A stretch of 64,000 bases of DNA from Candidatus Aminicenantes bacterium (lineage in GTDB: Bacteria; Acidobacteriota; Aminicenantia; Aminicenantales; UBA4085): contig CAVSPT010000005.1 of NCBI GenBank assembly GCA_963729855.1, positions 1,271,221-1,335,220 of the forward strand, given 5' to 3'. Every line of letters starts with the position of its first letter. Positions within the stretch are counted from its first letter, which is position 1. The notes beneath the pieces were generated by a model. The model was not told the origin of the DNA, made no database searches, and saw nothing but the letters and a program-made list of their open reading frames with translations. Shown in pieces: positions 28,934 to 37,256 of the stretch. The position numbers and the translations under genes are program-made.

Positions 28934-31270
28934 CTATTTGATCCCGGTGATCTCCCGGATCTTGTCGACGCCCGCCGTCCCGCTGTTGAACAGCCAGGCC
29001 TTGGCGCTCTGCAGAAGACGCTGGAATTGGGACTTATGCAGCTCGAGGCGCTCTTCCGAAAGGGCCAGGAGATGGGGATTGAAGAAGGGGGGCGTCTTGG
29101 TCCCGGCCGTCTTTTTCATCCCGGGGACCTCGCCGGCGGCGAGGATCCGCAAGGCTTCTTCGGAAGATAGCTCGATCAGGGCGGGAGAGAAGGCGTCGCT
29201 GCGAAGAAGGACGATCTGACGGAGGGTGGTGCGGCGGACGACGGCGGCCGGGCCGGCGATCCAATTCGGATCAAGAAGGGCGTGGGCTTCCTTGGCCGCC
29301 TTGTAGCAGAACGGCGCGCCCCGGTCGAGGCGGCAGTCCTCCCGGCGCAGGCACTCGGCATCTTTGCAATCGTCCTTGCGCAGGACGACATTTTCGCATT
29401 TGCCGCCGTCGAAGAGGGGGGCCAGGCGGCCGAAATCCTCGACCGTCCGGGTCGGCAGGAAGACCTTCCGTTCGACCGCGTCGGCCAGGGCGGCCTTGCC
29501 GGCGTAGCGGACGAAGACCACGTCGCTGGCGTGGAAACGGAAACGCGGGTCGCGCAGCAGGCCGAAAAAGAGCCCGGTCTTGTTCGTCCCCGGCGGCCCG
29601 ACCAGGATGAGGCCTTCGCCCCCGGCGTCGACCGACATGCCGCGCACCGGGTGGACCCCGAACGAGCGCTCTCCGACGTCGGCGACCAGGCCGAGAGCCA
29701 GGCTCCTCAGGGGGCCATAGGCGTCGCAGTTGATCAGAAAACCCGTTTTCGTTTCGGTGTTGTAGAGGGCCCGCGCTTCGCGCCCCGGGATCCCGTCGAC
29801 GGCGTAGACGACGCCGTGAGGTTCCAGGCCGGCCTCGAGCTGGGCCGGATACCAATTGTCGACCCAGAAGTCATGGAGATGGGCGACATTCGTCCGCAGC
29901 TGGACGACCACCCCGTTGATGACGGCATTCCATTCGAAGTAATTCTCGGGCGTCAGAAGGCGTTCGATCTCGGCCGCCAGGCCGTCCCGGACGGGGACGG
30001 TCAGGGCCGCGTCGACCGGGACGGCGGCCCGGATGCGGGTGGCATAGTTGCTGAGGGCCACTCTCTGGGACTTGCGGGCCGGCTTGAGAGCGGCCAGGGC
30101 TTTGGCGATCCGGTCGAGGCCCTTTTCCAGGTTCTCCATCGAGGTGGCGTAGGAGAGTCGGATGTAGTCGTCCGCGCCGAAGGAGTCGCCCGGGACCACG
30201 GCGACATTGGCTTCCCTGAGGAGATAATAGGCCAGGCCGTTGGAATTGCGGATCGGCGTCCCGTTGAACTCCATGTCGTGATAGGCCTTGACGCTGGGGA
30301 AGAGGTAGAAAGCGCCCTGCGGCTTGAAGCAGGAGACGCGGGGGATGGCCCCGAGCTTGATCAGGCCGTAGTTGCGCCGGCGCTGAAACTCCTGGACCAT
30401 CCGGGACACCTCGAATTGGGGCCCGTTCAGGGCTTCCTGGGCGGCTCTCTGGGAGATGGAAGCCGCGTTGGACGTCGTGTGGCTTTGGATCTTGGCCATG
30501 CCGGCGATGATGTCGGCCGGGCCCAGGGCGTAGCCGATCCGCCAGCCGGTCATGGAGTACGATTTTGAGGGACCGTTGATGAGGATGGTCTTTTTCTTGA
30601 TGTCCTCGCCCAGGGCGGCGAAGCTGGTGAACTTGAACTGGTCGTAGACGAGCGAGGCATAGATTTCGTCGGCGACGACATAGAGATCCTCCCCGCGGAC
30701 GACGTCGGCCAGGGCCTGCAGCTGTTCGCGGGTGTAGGCCGCGCCCGTCGGATTGGAAGGAGAGTTGAGGATGACGGCCTTGGTCGCCGGCGTGATGTGG
30801 GCCTTGAGGGCCTCGGCGGTGAGGACGAAGCCGTCCTCCTCCCTGGTTTCGACATAAACGGCCTTGCCCTTGGCCAGCTTGACGACGTGAGGATAGGTGA
30901 CCCAATAGGGGACGGGCACGATGATCTCGTCGCCCGCGTCGACGATCGCCTGGAACAGGTGGAAAAGGGAACTCTTGGCTCCGCTGGAGACGATGACTTC
31001 GGCCGGCGTGTAGGCCAGGCCGAAGTCTTCTTTGAAGCGGGCGATGACCGCTTTTTTGAGGGCCGGGGTCCCGTCGTTCTCGGTATACTTGGTGAAATTG
31101 TCGCGGATCGCCTGGATCCCGGCCGACTTGACGTTCTCGGGAGTGGGAAAATCCGGCTCGCCGATGCTCAGGTCGACGACGTCGATCCCTTCCGCCTTCA
31201 TGGCCTTCGCCTTGGCCGCGATGCGCAGCGTGGGCGAGGCCCCGATTTGCTTGACTCGTTCGGAAACCAT
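28934..31270 (-). CDS. Fusion protein: class-I/II (aspartate-type) PLP aminotransferase (aa 1 to ~400) + C-terminal HprK-like P-loop kinase domain with a Cys cluster (aa ~400-778)
   Basis: N-terminal half has aminotransferase motifs, including NGPSKSYSMTGWRIGY (PLP lysine). C-terminal half has HPVRGMSVDAGGEGLILVGPPGTNKTGLFFGLL…HASDVVFV, resembling the HprK kinase core (HG.lvdv.G.GvLitGdSGvGKSE…lvaDD) with a deviant Walker A. A CxnC cluster KCE…DDC…AEC…EDC…PFC follows. Confidence 0.65.
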   Translation of the reverse strand: MVSERVKQIGASPTLRIAAKAKAMKAEGIDVVDLSIGEPDFPTPENVKSAGIQAIRDNFTKYTENDGTPALKKAVIARFKEDFGLAYTPAEVIVSSGAKSSLFHLFQAIVDAGDEIIVPVPYWVTYPHVVKLAKGKAVYVETREEDGFVLTAEALKAHITPATKAVILNSPSNPTGAAYTREQLQALADVVRGEDLYVVADEIYASLVYDQFKFTSFAALGEDIKKKTILINGPSKSYSMTGWRIGYALGPADIIAGMAKIQSHTTSNAASISQRAAQEALNGPQFEVSRMVQEFQRRRNYGLIKLGAIPRVSCFKPQGAFYLFPSVKAYHDMEFNGTPIRNSNGLAYYLLREANVAVVPGDSFGADDYIRLSYATSMENLEKGLDRIAKALAALKPARKSQRVALSNYATRIRAAVPVDAALTVPVRDGLAAEIERLLTPENYFEWNAVINGVVVQLRTNVAHLHDFWVDNWYPAQLEAGLEPHGVVYAVDGIPGREARALYNTETKTGFLINCDAYGPLRSLALGLVADVGERSFGVHPVRGMSVDAGGEGLILVGPPGTNKTGLFFGLLRDPRFRFHASDVVFVRYAGKAALADAVERKVFLPTRTVEDFGRLAPLFDGGKCENVVLRKDDCKDAECLRREDCRLDRGAPFCYKAAKEAHALLDPNWIAGPAAVVRRTTLRQIVLLRSDAFSPALIELSSEEALRILAAGEVPGMKKTAGTKTPPFFNPHLLALSEERLELHKSQFQRLLQSAKAWLFNSGTAGVDKIREITGIK

Positions 31271-31297
31271 AGTGTTCCTGCCGTTCCCGCGACGGGC

Positions 31298-32704
31298 CTA
31301 TTTCTGGGGCTTCTCTTGCGGGTTGAGCTTGTCCTTGAGGAACTTCTTCAGGTCGGCACCGGTCAGCGCCTGGACCACGTCCGGGACCTGGGCCAGCACC
31401 TCGGCCACCTGGGCCGTGATCTTGTTCGTGCCCAGGCTCTTGTCGCCGCCGCTGACGACGACGATCTTGTCCACTTTGGAGAGCGGTTCGGCCACGGCCT
31501 TGGCCACCTCGGGCAGGACCTTCATGTACATTTCCAGGATGGCGGCGTCGTTGTATTTTTGCATGGAAGCCGCCTTGCGCATCATGGCGTCGGCCTCGGC
31601 CGCGCCCTTTTCCTGGATCCGGGCGGCCTCGGCCTGTCCTTCGAGCTTGACGGCCCCGGCCTTGCCCCGGGCCTCGGCCTGGATGCGGAACTCTTCGGCC
31701 TCGGCCTCGGCCTGGATCTGGTACTTGCGGGCGTCGGAGGGCTTGCGGACGTTGGCCTCCAGCTCCTTCTCCCGGCGCTGGATCTCCAGTTCCTCGATCT
31801 TGATGGACTGCTCCTTCTCCACCAGGCGGACTTTGGATTCCTCGAGCTTGATGGCCTGGCTCAGCCGGTAGCGTTCGAGCTCGTAGGAGAAGTCGGACTG
31901 GGCCTTCTTCTGGTTGACGACCGTCAGCGATTCGGCCTTCTTGGATTCGTTCTCCCATTGGGCCTTTGCGATCAGGGCTTCGGCCTGCAGGCGGGCCACC
32001 TCGGCCTCCTTGCGGGCCTGGGAGGACCTGATGACGGCCTCCTTCTCGCCTTCGGCCTCGGCGATGGCCGCGTCGCGCTTGGCGGCCGAGATGATCGGCT
32101 TGCTCAGGGCGTCCAGATAGCCCTGCGAGTCCGAGAATTCCTTCAGCGAGAATCCCAGCAGGAGGACGCCCATGCGGGAGAATTCGTCCGCGGCCGATTC
32201 GGCCACGCGCTTGTTGAATTCGGCCCGGCCGCGGTAGATTTCCTCGACCGTCATCGTGCCGATGACTTCGCGCATCTTCCCTTCCAGGACGGCGACGGCC
32301 ACGTCGCGCACGCCGTCCTTGCCCGTGCCCAGGAACTGCTCGGCGGCAAGGCGGATGGCGGCCTCGGTCGATTCGATCTTGACCTGGGCCGTGGCGTCGG
32401 CCAGGATGGGCACGCCGCCATGGGTCAGGACCTCGGGCGTCCGGATGCCCAGAGGGATGACCTCCAGGGGCAGAACGTCGACCGTTTCCAGGAAAGGCCG
32501 GACGAACGTCCCGCCGCCGAGCCGGATGCGGTAGCCGATCTTCGTTTTGGAGCCGTCGGCCGCCGTGACCGTCTTTTTGCGCCCGGAGATGACGAGGGCT
32601 TCGTTGGGGCCGACTTTCTTGTACTGTTTGGCGAAGACGAGGATGGCCAGGGCCAGGACGGCGATCGCGGCGCCGGCGACGATGAGGACGGTCACGAGAT
32701 TCAT
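31298..32704 (-). CDS. Flotillin-like SPFH/band-7 protein
   Basis: N-terminal TM. SPFH domain. Long EA-rich coiled coil. RBS GCAGGAGG. Confidence 0.85.
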   Translation of the reverse strand: MNLVTVLIVAGAAIAVLALAILVFAKQYKKVGPNEALVISGRKKTVTAADGSKTKIGYRIRLGGGTFVRPFLETVDVLPLEVIPLGIRTPEVLTHGGVPILADATAQVKIESTEAAIRLAAEQFLGTGKDGVRDVAVAVLEGKMREVIGTMTVEEIYRGRAEFNKRVAESAADEFSRMGVLLLGFSLKEFSDSQGYLDALSKPIISAAKRDAAIAEAEGEKEAVIRSSQARKEAEVARLQAEALIAKAQWENESKKAESLTVVNQKKAQSDFSYELERYRLSQAIKLEESKVRLVEKEQSIKIEELEIQRREKELEANVRKPSDARKYQIQAEAEAEEFRIQAEARGKAGAVKLEGQAEAARIQEKGAAEADAMMRKAASMQKYNDAAILEMYMKVLPEVAKAVAEPLSKVDKIVVVSGGDKSLGTNKITAQVAEVLAQVPDVVQALTGADLKKFLKDKLNPQEKPQK

Positions 32705-32823
32705 GAAGGCCTCCTGCTCAAATGATCGATCTCTCCGGAAAATCCGGTCCTAACTCGTTCAAAGAAAATCAATTATTATCGGCGCGGCGGGCCAATGTCA
32801 AGCCGGGGCCGCGTCCGGCCGGT

Positions 32824-33573
32824 TCAGCGTTCCCCATAAGCCATGAAGAGCAGGCTTTTGCGTTTGAGAATGTCTTTTTGGATCTGCACGATTTCGCGGA
32901 TGCCTTGATCCGCCAACTTGAGTAATTCGGTCAGCTGATGGCGGGAAAAGGGGCTCCGCTCGGCCGTGGCCTGGACTTCCAGGAGTTGACCGCGGTCGGT
33001 CTGGACCACGTTCATGTCCACGTCGGCCGTCGAGTCCTCGTCGTAATCCAGGTCCAGAAGGAGCTCCTCGCGGACCATCCCGACGCTGACCGCCCCGACC
33101 AAGTGGCGGAGCGGCATCTGGTCGACGATCTTGCGGTCCATCATTTTCTTCAGGGCCAAGGCCAGGGCCACGCAGGCGGCGTTGATGGAGGCGACTCGGG
33201 TCCCCCCGTCGGCCTGGATGACGTCGCAATCGACGATGATCTGGCGCTCGCCGAGGGTCCGCAGATCCGTGACCGCCCGCAGGGTCCGGCCGATCAGGCG
33301 CTGGATCTCCTGGCTGCGTCCCGAGGGATAGCCCTGCTGGCGTTCCCTCTGGGTGCGTTTCTCCGTGGACCGCGGGAGCATGGCGTATTCGGCCGTGACC
33401 CAGCCGCCCCCCGAGCCCCGCAGGAAGGGAGGGACCTTGTCCTCGATCGTGGCCGCGGCGACGACGCGCGTCTTGCCGCACTCGATCAGGGCCGAGCCGT
33501 CGGCGAAATCCAGGTAATCGAGCTGGAACCGGATCGGCCTCAGCTCCTCGGGCGTTCGGTTGTTCGATCTCAT
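32824..33573 (-). CDS. rph: Ribonuclease PH
   Basis: …RPIRFQLDYLDFADGSALIECGKTRV…GWVTAEYAMLPRST… ATG at 33573 overlaps the lpxL-like stop. Confidence 0.9.
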   Translation of the reverse strand: MRSNNRTPEELRPIRFQLDYLDFADGSALIECGKTRVVAAATIEDKVPPFLRGSGGGWVTAEYAMLPRSTEKRTQRERQQGYPSGRSQEIQRLIGRTLRAVTDLRTLGERQIIVDCDVIQADGGTRVASINAACVALALALKKMMDRKIVDQMPLRHLVGAVSVGMVREELLLDLDYDEDSTADVDMNVVQTDRGQLLEVQATAERSPFSRHQLTELLKLADQGIREIVQIQKDILKRKSLLFMAYGER

Positions 33574-34475
33574 GACGTGTTCGTTTCCCCCGCGGGCCTC
33601 GTGTTCCAGCGCTTGTGCACCCAGAACCACCATTCGGGCGCCCGCCGGATCTGATCTTCGATCATCTTAGTGCAGAACTGGGTGATTTTCAACACGTCCT
33701 CCTCCCGGCGCCCGGTGAGCGGAATTTCCGGCGGCGGCAGAATTTTCCAGAGGAGGCGGCGTCCCCGCGGCAGACAAAAAATGGGGACGAGGGGCGCGCC
33801 GGTCAGGATATGGAAGGCGGCCGGACCGGGAGTCGTTGCCGCGCTTCGACCGAAGAAATCGACGAAAACGGCCTCGCTGCGCAGGACGTTCTGGTCGATG
33901 AGAATGGCCATGATGCCGCCGCTTTTCAGGACCCGAAGGATGGGCCGGGCCGCCCCGATCTTGTCGATGGCGCCGCCGCCCATCCGGGTCCGCATGGCCG
34001 TCAGGCGACGATCGACGAGACGGTTGTCGAGATGGCGGACGATGGCGTAGAGCGGCCCGAACTGAAGAAAGGTCGGCGTGATGGTCTCCCAATTGCCGTA
34101 GTGGGCGGTGAAAACAAGGGCGCCCTTGCCGGCGGCCAGCGCCCGTTCGAGGTGTTCCCTCCCCTCGATGTCGATCAGGCGCAGGATGCGGGCCGGTGAA
34201 TAATGAGAGAACTTGATGGTTTCCAGGATCACCCGACCGAAATGGGCGAAGGAGGCCCGGGCGATCGCCCGGCGCGCGTCCGCCGTCTTTTCCCGTCCGA
34301 ACGCGATTTCCAGGTTGTTCCCGGCGATCCGTCGGTGACGGGGGGAGAGCCTGTAGAAGAGACGTCCCAGTAACCGTCCGGAAGCCAGCACGACGGGGCG
34401 GGGCAGAACGATCAGGGCGGCGGAGACCGTCCGGTAAGCCGCGTATCCGGCCCATTCGCCCAGCCGGTCCTTCAC
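33570..34475 (-). CDS. Lipid A biosynthesis lauroyl/myristoyl acyltransferase-like (LpxL/HtrB, LPLAT family)
   Basis: GTG start at 34475 with GAGGAGG RBS; it overlaps the lpxK stop. The Arg/Gly-rich N-terminal ~100 aa of the track ORF are artifact. Confidence 0.75.
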   Translation of the reverse strand: MKDRLGEWAGYAAYRTVSAALIVLPRPVVLASGRLLGRLFYRLSPRHRRIAGNNLEIAFGREKTADARRAIARASFAHFGRVILETIKFSHYSPARILRLIDIEGREHLERALAAGKGALVFTAHYGNWETITPTFLQFGPLYAIVRHLDNRLVDRRLTAMRTRMGGGAIDKIGAARPILRVLKSGGIMAILIDQNVLRSEAVFVDFFGRSAATTPGPAAFHILTGAPLVPIFCLPRGRRLLWKILPPPEIPLTGRREEDVLKITQFCTKMIEDQIRRAPEWWFWVHKRWNTRPAGETNTS

Positions 34476-35467
34476 GTCCGTCCTCCTCGCGGGAAACTCT
34501 CGATGGCGGCCCGGACGCTCTCGCGAAAGCCGGCCGGAAGTTCCAGGCCGATGCGTAAAACGAACGTTTCGAAGCCGGCAATCGACCCGCTGCGGCCGCG
34601 GATCTTGACCGCGTCCTTCTCCGTGGTCAGGAGGACGGGGCAATCCGCCGCGCGCGCGGAGCCGGCCAGCCTGTCCAGGGCCCGCTCCGGGTAATCGAAA
34701 TGGTCGGGAAAAACAGCCCGGGCGGCCGGCCCCGAACCCGCGGCCTCGAGCAGTTCGAAGAATCGCTCCGGACGGGCGATGCCGCAAAAGGCGAAGATGC
34801 GCCGTCCGCGAAGGGTGGCCAAAGGCCGCATCGGGCCCCCTTCGAGGGGGGAGATTCCCTGTTCCCGGACGCGATAGGCGAAAACCTCGGCCCGGCCGGT
34901 TCGGGGCGCCGGGACACCCGGCCGGTCCTTCACCAGGACGATGTCCGCGGCCGCCAGGGCGGCCGGTCCCTCCCGGAGGGGCGTACGGGCGGCCGCGTCG
35001 TAGAGGACGATGTCCAGATCGCGCCGCAGGCGGAGGTGTTGAAAGCCGTCGTCGAGGACGGCGACGTCGAATCCGGCGTCACGGGCCCGCCGGCACGATT
35101 GAAGCCGGTCCCGGCCGATGAAAACGCCGGCGCCCGGGTGACGCCGGGCCGCCAGGAAAGGCTCGTCCCCGCCTTCGCGCCAGGTGCCGGTGATCGTCCG
35201 GCCGTCCGAAAGAACGCCTCCTGTGCGTTCCCAGGCGCTCCTGTACCCCCGGCTGACCAGGGCCGGCCTGCGGCCGATCTCCAGAAGGAAGCCAAGCAGA
35301 TCCATGGCCAGCGGGGTCTTTTCCGATCCGCCCAGGGCCAGATTTCCGACGCTGAGGACGGGCAGGGGCGCACACCGGGGGCGCGGGATTCCAACCCGGC
35401 GAAGAATGCGCTTGAGGCGGCAGACCGGGCGGGAAAAAGCGGAATAGATCCCCAGCAGAAGTTTCAT
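34472..35467 (-). CDS. lpxK: Tetraacyldisaccharide 4'-kinase
   Basis: P-loop VLSVGNLALGGSEKTP, characteristic of LpxK. About 330 aa. Confidence 0.85.
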   Translation of the reverse strand: MKLLLGIYSAFSRPVCRLKRILRRVGIPRPRCAPLPVLSVGNLALGGSEKTPLAMDLLGFLLEIGRRPALVSRGYRSAWERTGGVLSDGRTITGTWREGGDEPFLAARRHPGAGVFIGRDRLQSCRRARDAGFDVAVLDDGFQHLRLRRDLDIVLYDAAARTPLREGPAALAAADIVLVKDRPGVPAPRTGRAEVFAYRVREQGISPLEGGPMRPLATLRGRRIFAFCGIARPERFFELLEAAGSGPAARAVFPDHFDYPERALDRLAGSARAADCPVLLTTEKDAVKIRGRSGSIAGFETFVLRIGLELPAGFRESVRAAIESFPRGGRT

Positions 35468-35544
35468 ACGCCCCCATGATATTACATCGGCCCCCGATTT
35501 GAAATATTCCCCCGGCCTTACAACTCTTCACTTTCCCCAGGGCG

Positions 35545-35690
35545 AAGGGCATGCGATCCGAAACCCCTCGACGAGTGAACGGGCATGGTTTCCCGACTCT
35601 TGTCGGGAAGAGCGAATGAGGAGGGGAGCGAAAATCCTCGCTGGGGATTTTCGAGTGTTTCGGATCGCGTGTCATGAGGCCTCCTTACTT
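35545..35690. repeat. Structured repeat element, copy A, in the lpxK 5' leader (12-bp perfect terminal inverted repeat GCGATCCGAAAC / GTTTCGGATCGC, two internal 8-bp hairpins, conserved core)
   Basis: Core GAAACCCCTCGACGAGTGAACGGGCATGGTTTCC is shared with 47533..47580 and 47640..47760. Internal hairpins are ttcccgac-aaga-gtcgggaa and gaaaatcc…ggattttc. Confidence 0.55.
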
Positions 35691-35761
35691 TACAGGGCCT
35701 GAAATATTGGCCTATAATGAACGGCGTCAAAACGCGCCGAAGCGCGCTTGGAGGATCAGAG

Positions 35762-36628
35762 ATGAACCGAAAGATTTTTTCCGCGGGCGTCCTTATCACG
35801 GCCGCGCTGGCCGTCGTTTCCTGCCAAAAGAAGACCCAAGTCAAGGGCATCGAATTGGGCGTCTCGTTCGGCGAGGCGACCCTGTCCGACAACCTGATGA
35901 CCGAGGCGATGTATAAGTGGAAGACCGGTTCGGACTTCAAGCCTTTCGACCGGGATTACACGATTTTCGTCCATTACTGGCACGACAGCAACCTCCTCAT
36001 CCAGGATGATTACACGCCCGACGTGCCCACCTCCAAATGGGAGAAGAACAAGGAATACACCTTCAAGCGGCGGCTCTATATCCCCCCCTTCATCGACGAA
36101 TTCGATCCCCAGTTCAAGGGCGAAGAGACGCTCCGGTTTTCCTCGGGATTCTACAATCCGTTCGACCGGACCGGGAAATCGCAGCGCGAGGTCCTTTCCA
36201 AGAAGCTGAAAGTCCTCCCGCCCCCGCTGGGCACGCCCGAGGTCATCTACGAGAGCGGCTGGTTCGACCAGGAGACCAACCGCGATTCCCCGCTCAAACA
36301 GTGGCGCTGGACGGCCAAGGAAGCCAAGTGCATCGTCGACAATCCCAAGCGCGATGCGGTCCTGGTCATCCGCGGCGGGGCCTACTTGGAAGCGGTCAAG
36401 GACCAGAAGATCACCTTCAAGATCAACGACCTGGTCCTGGACGAATTCGTGCCTGAACCGGGCATCTTCGAGAAATCCTACGCTATTAAGAAGGAACAGC
36501 TCGGCGATAAAGACGAATTTTCCCTGACGATAAGCGTCGACAAGCCTTTCATCCCGGCCAAGTTCATCGCCGGGTCGAAAGACGACCGCCAGCTGGGCAT
36601 CCAGGTCGGGCTGGTCTATTTCCGCTGA
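35762..36628 (+). CDS. Hypothetical lipoprotein
   Basis: ATG at 35762 with GGAGGA RBS. Lipobox LAVVSC. Confidence 0.6.
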   Translation: MNRKIFSAGVLITAALAVVSCQKKTQVKGIELGVSFGEATLSDNLMTEAMYKWKTGSDFKPFDRDYTIFVHYWHDSNLLIQDDYTPDVPTSKWEKNKEYTFKRRLYIPPFIDEFDPQFKGEETLRFSSGFYNPFDRTGKSQREVLSKKLKVLPPPLGTPEVIYESGWFDQETNRDSPLKQWRWTAKEAKCIVDNPKRDAVLVIRGGAYLEAVKDQKITFKINDLVLDEFVPEPGIFEKSYAIKKEQLGDKDEFSLTISVDKPFIPAKFIAGSKDDRQLGIQVGLVYFR

Positions 36629-36646
36629 GGACCGGGCCGCCGGCCG

Positions 36647-37225
36647 CTATTTGATCGTGGAGGAAGGCGTCGTCGCGCCGCCTTCGCCGACGACGCGGTC
36701 CAGGTCTTCCTTGGCCTTGGCCAATTCGGCCTGGGCCTGCAGGAATGTCTGATAGGTCTCGGCGAATTCCTTCTGGACCTTGTCCTTCGTCTGCATGCTG
36801 TCGAAGGTCGTCAGCTGCTGGCGCAGGGAGAGCATCTTCAATCCCAGCAGGTCCAGCCTCTCCTTGGCCCTGTCGTAGCGGTTCTGAACGTCGGCCTTCT
36901 CCTGCTCCCGCATGGACGCGCCGGGCGATTCCGGCTCCGGCCCGGGCAGGGGTGCGGGAGCGGCGCCGGGTGTTCCGGCGGCGGGCTTCATCATACCGGC
37001 GCTCCCGGCCGCGAGGTCCCGGCCGCCCTCGGAATTCAACGTCGGGACGGAAGGCTTTTTCTTCAGCTCGGAGAGGGTCATGTTGGTGATGACGATGGCT
37101 TTGCCGCTCTTTTGGGCCTCGCGCCGGTCTTTTTCCTTTTTGGCCGCCTCGACCAGATCCTGGCCGAAACAGAGCCCGCCCGCGAGAATGATCAACCCGG
37201 GAAGGAGGAGCGCCCTTTTCATCAT
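36647..37225 (-). CDS. Secreted coiled-coil hypothetical protein
   Basis: Signal peptide MMKRALLLPGLIILAGGLCFG. Heptad-rich C-terminus. The upstream part of the track ORF is artifact. Confidence 0.5.
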   Translation of the reverse strand: MMKRALLLPGLIILAGGLCFGQDLVEAAKKEKDRREAQKSGKAIVITNMTLSELKKKPSVPTLNSEGGRDLAAGSAGMMKPAAGTPGAAPAPLPGPEPESPGASMREQEKADVQNRYDRAKERLDLLGLKMLSLRQQLTTFDSMQTKDKVQKEFAETYQTFLQAQAELAKAKEDLDRVVGEGGATTPSSTIK

Positions 37226-37256
37226 ATTAAAATAATAATCTTCCCGGCGAGGGGTG

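Noticed and set aside
30797-32725. 642-aa plus-strand ORF rich in G/L/D, along with the similar long ORFs 13666..15879(-), 19058..20827(-), 20760..22583(-), 23138..25642(-), 29871..31958(-), 37254..39098(+), 48488..50611(+) and 50905..53253(-)
   Set aside because: Each lies antisense to a well-supported gene (flotillin, GCPII-like, pilB, pilT/pilC, pilS/pilR, the aminotransferase fusion, comEC, EF-G, leuS). Their composition is low-complexity Arg/Gly/Asp/Leu-rich with no motifs. They are a typical consequence of stop-codon depletion on the opposite strand at about 67% GC.
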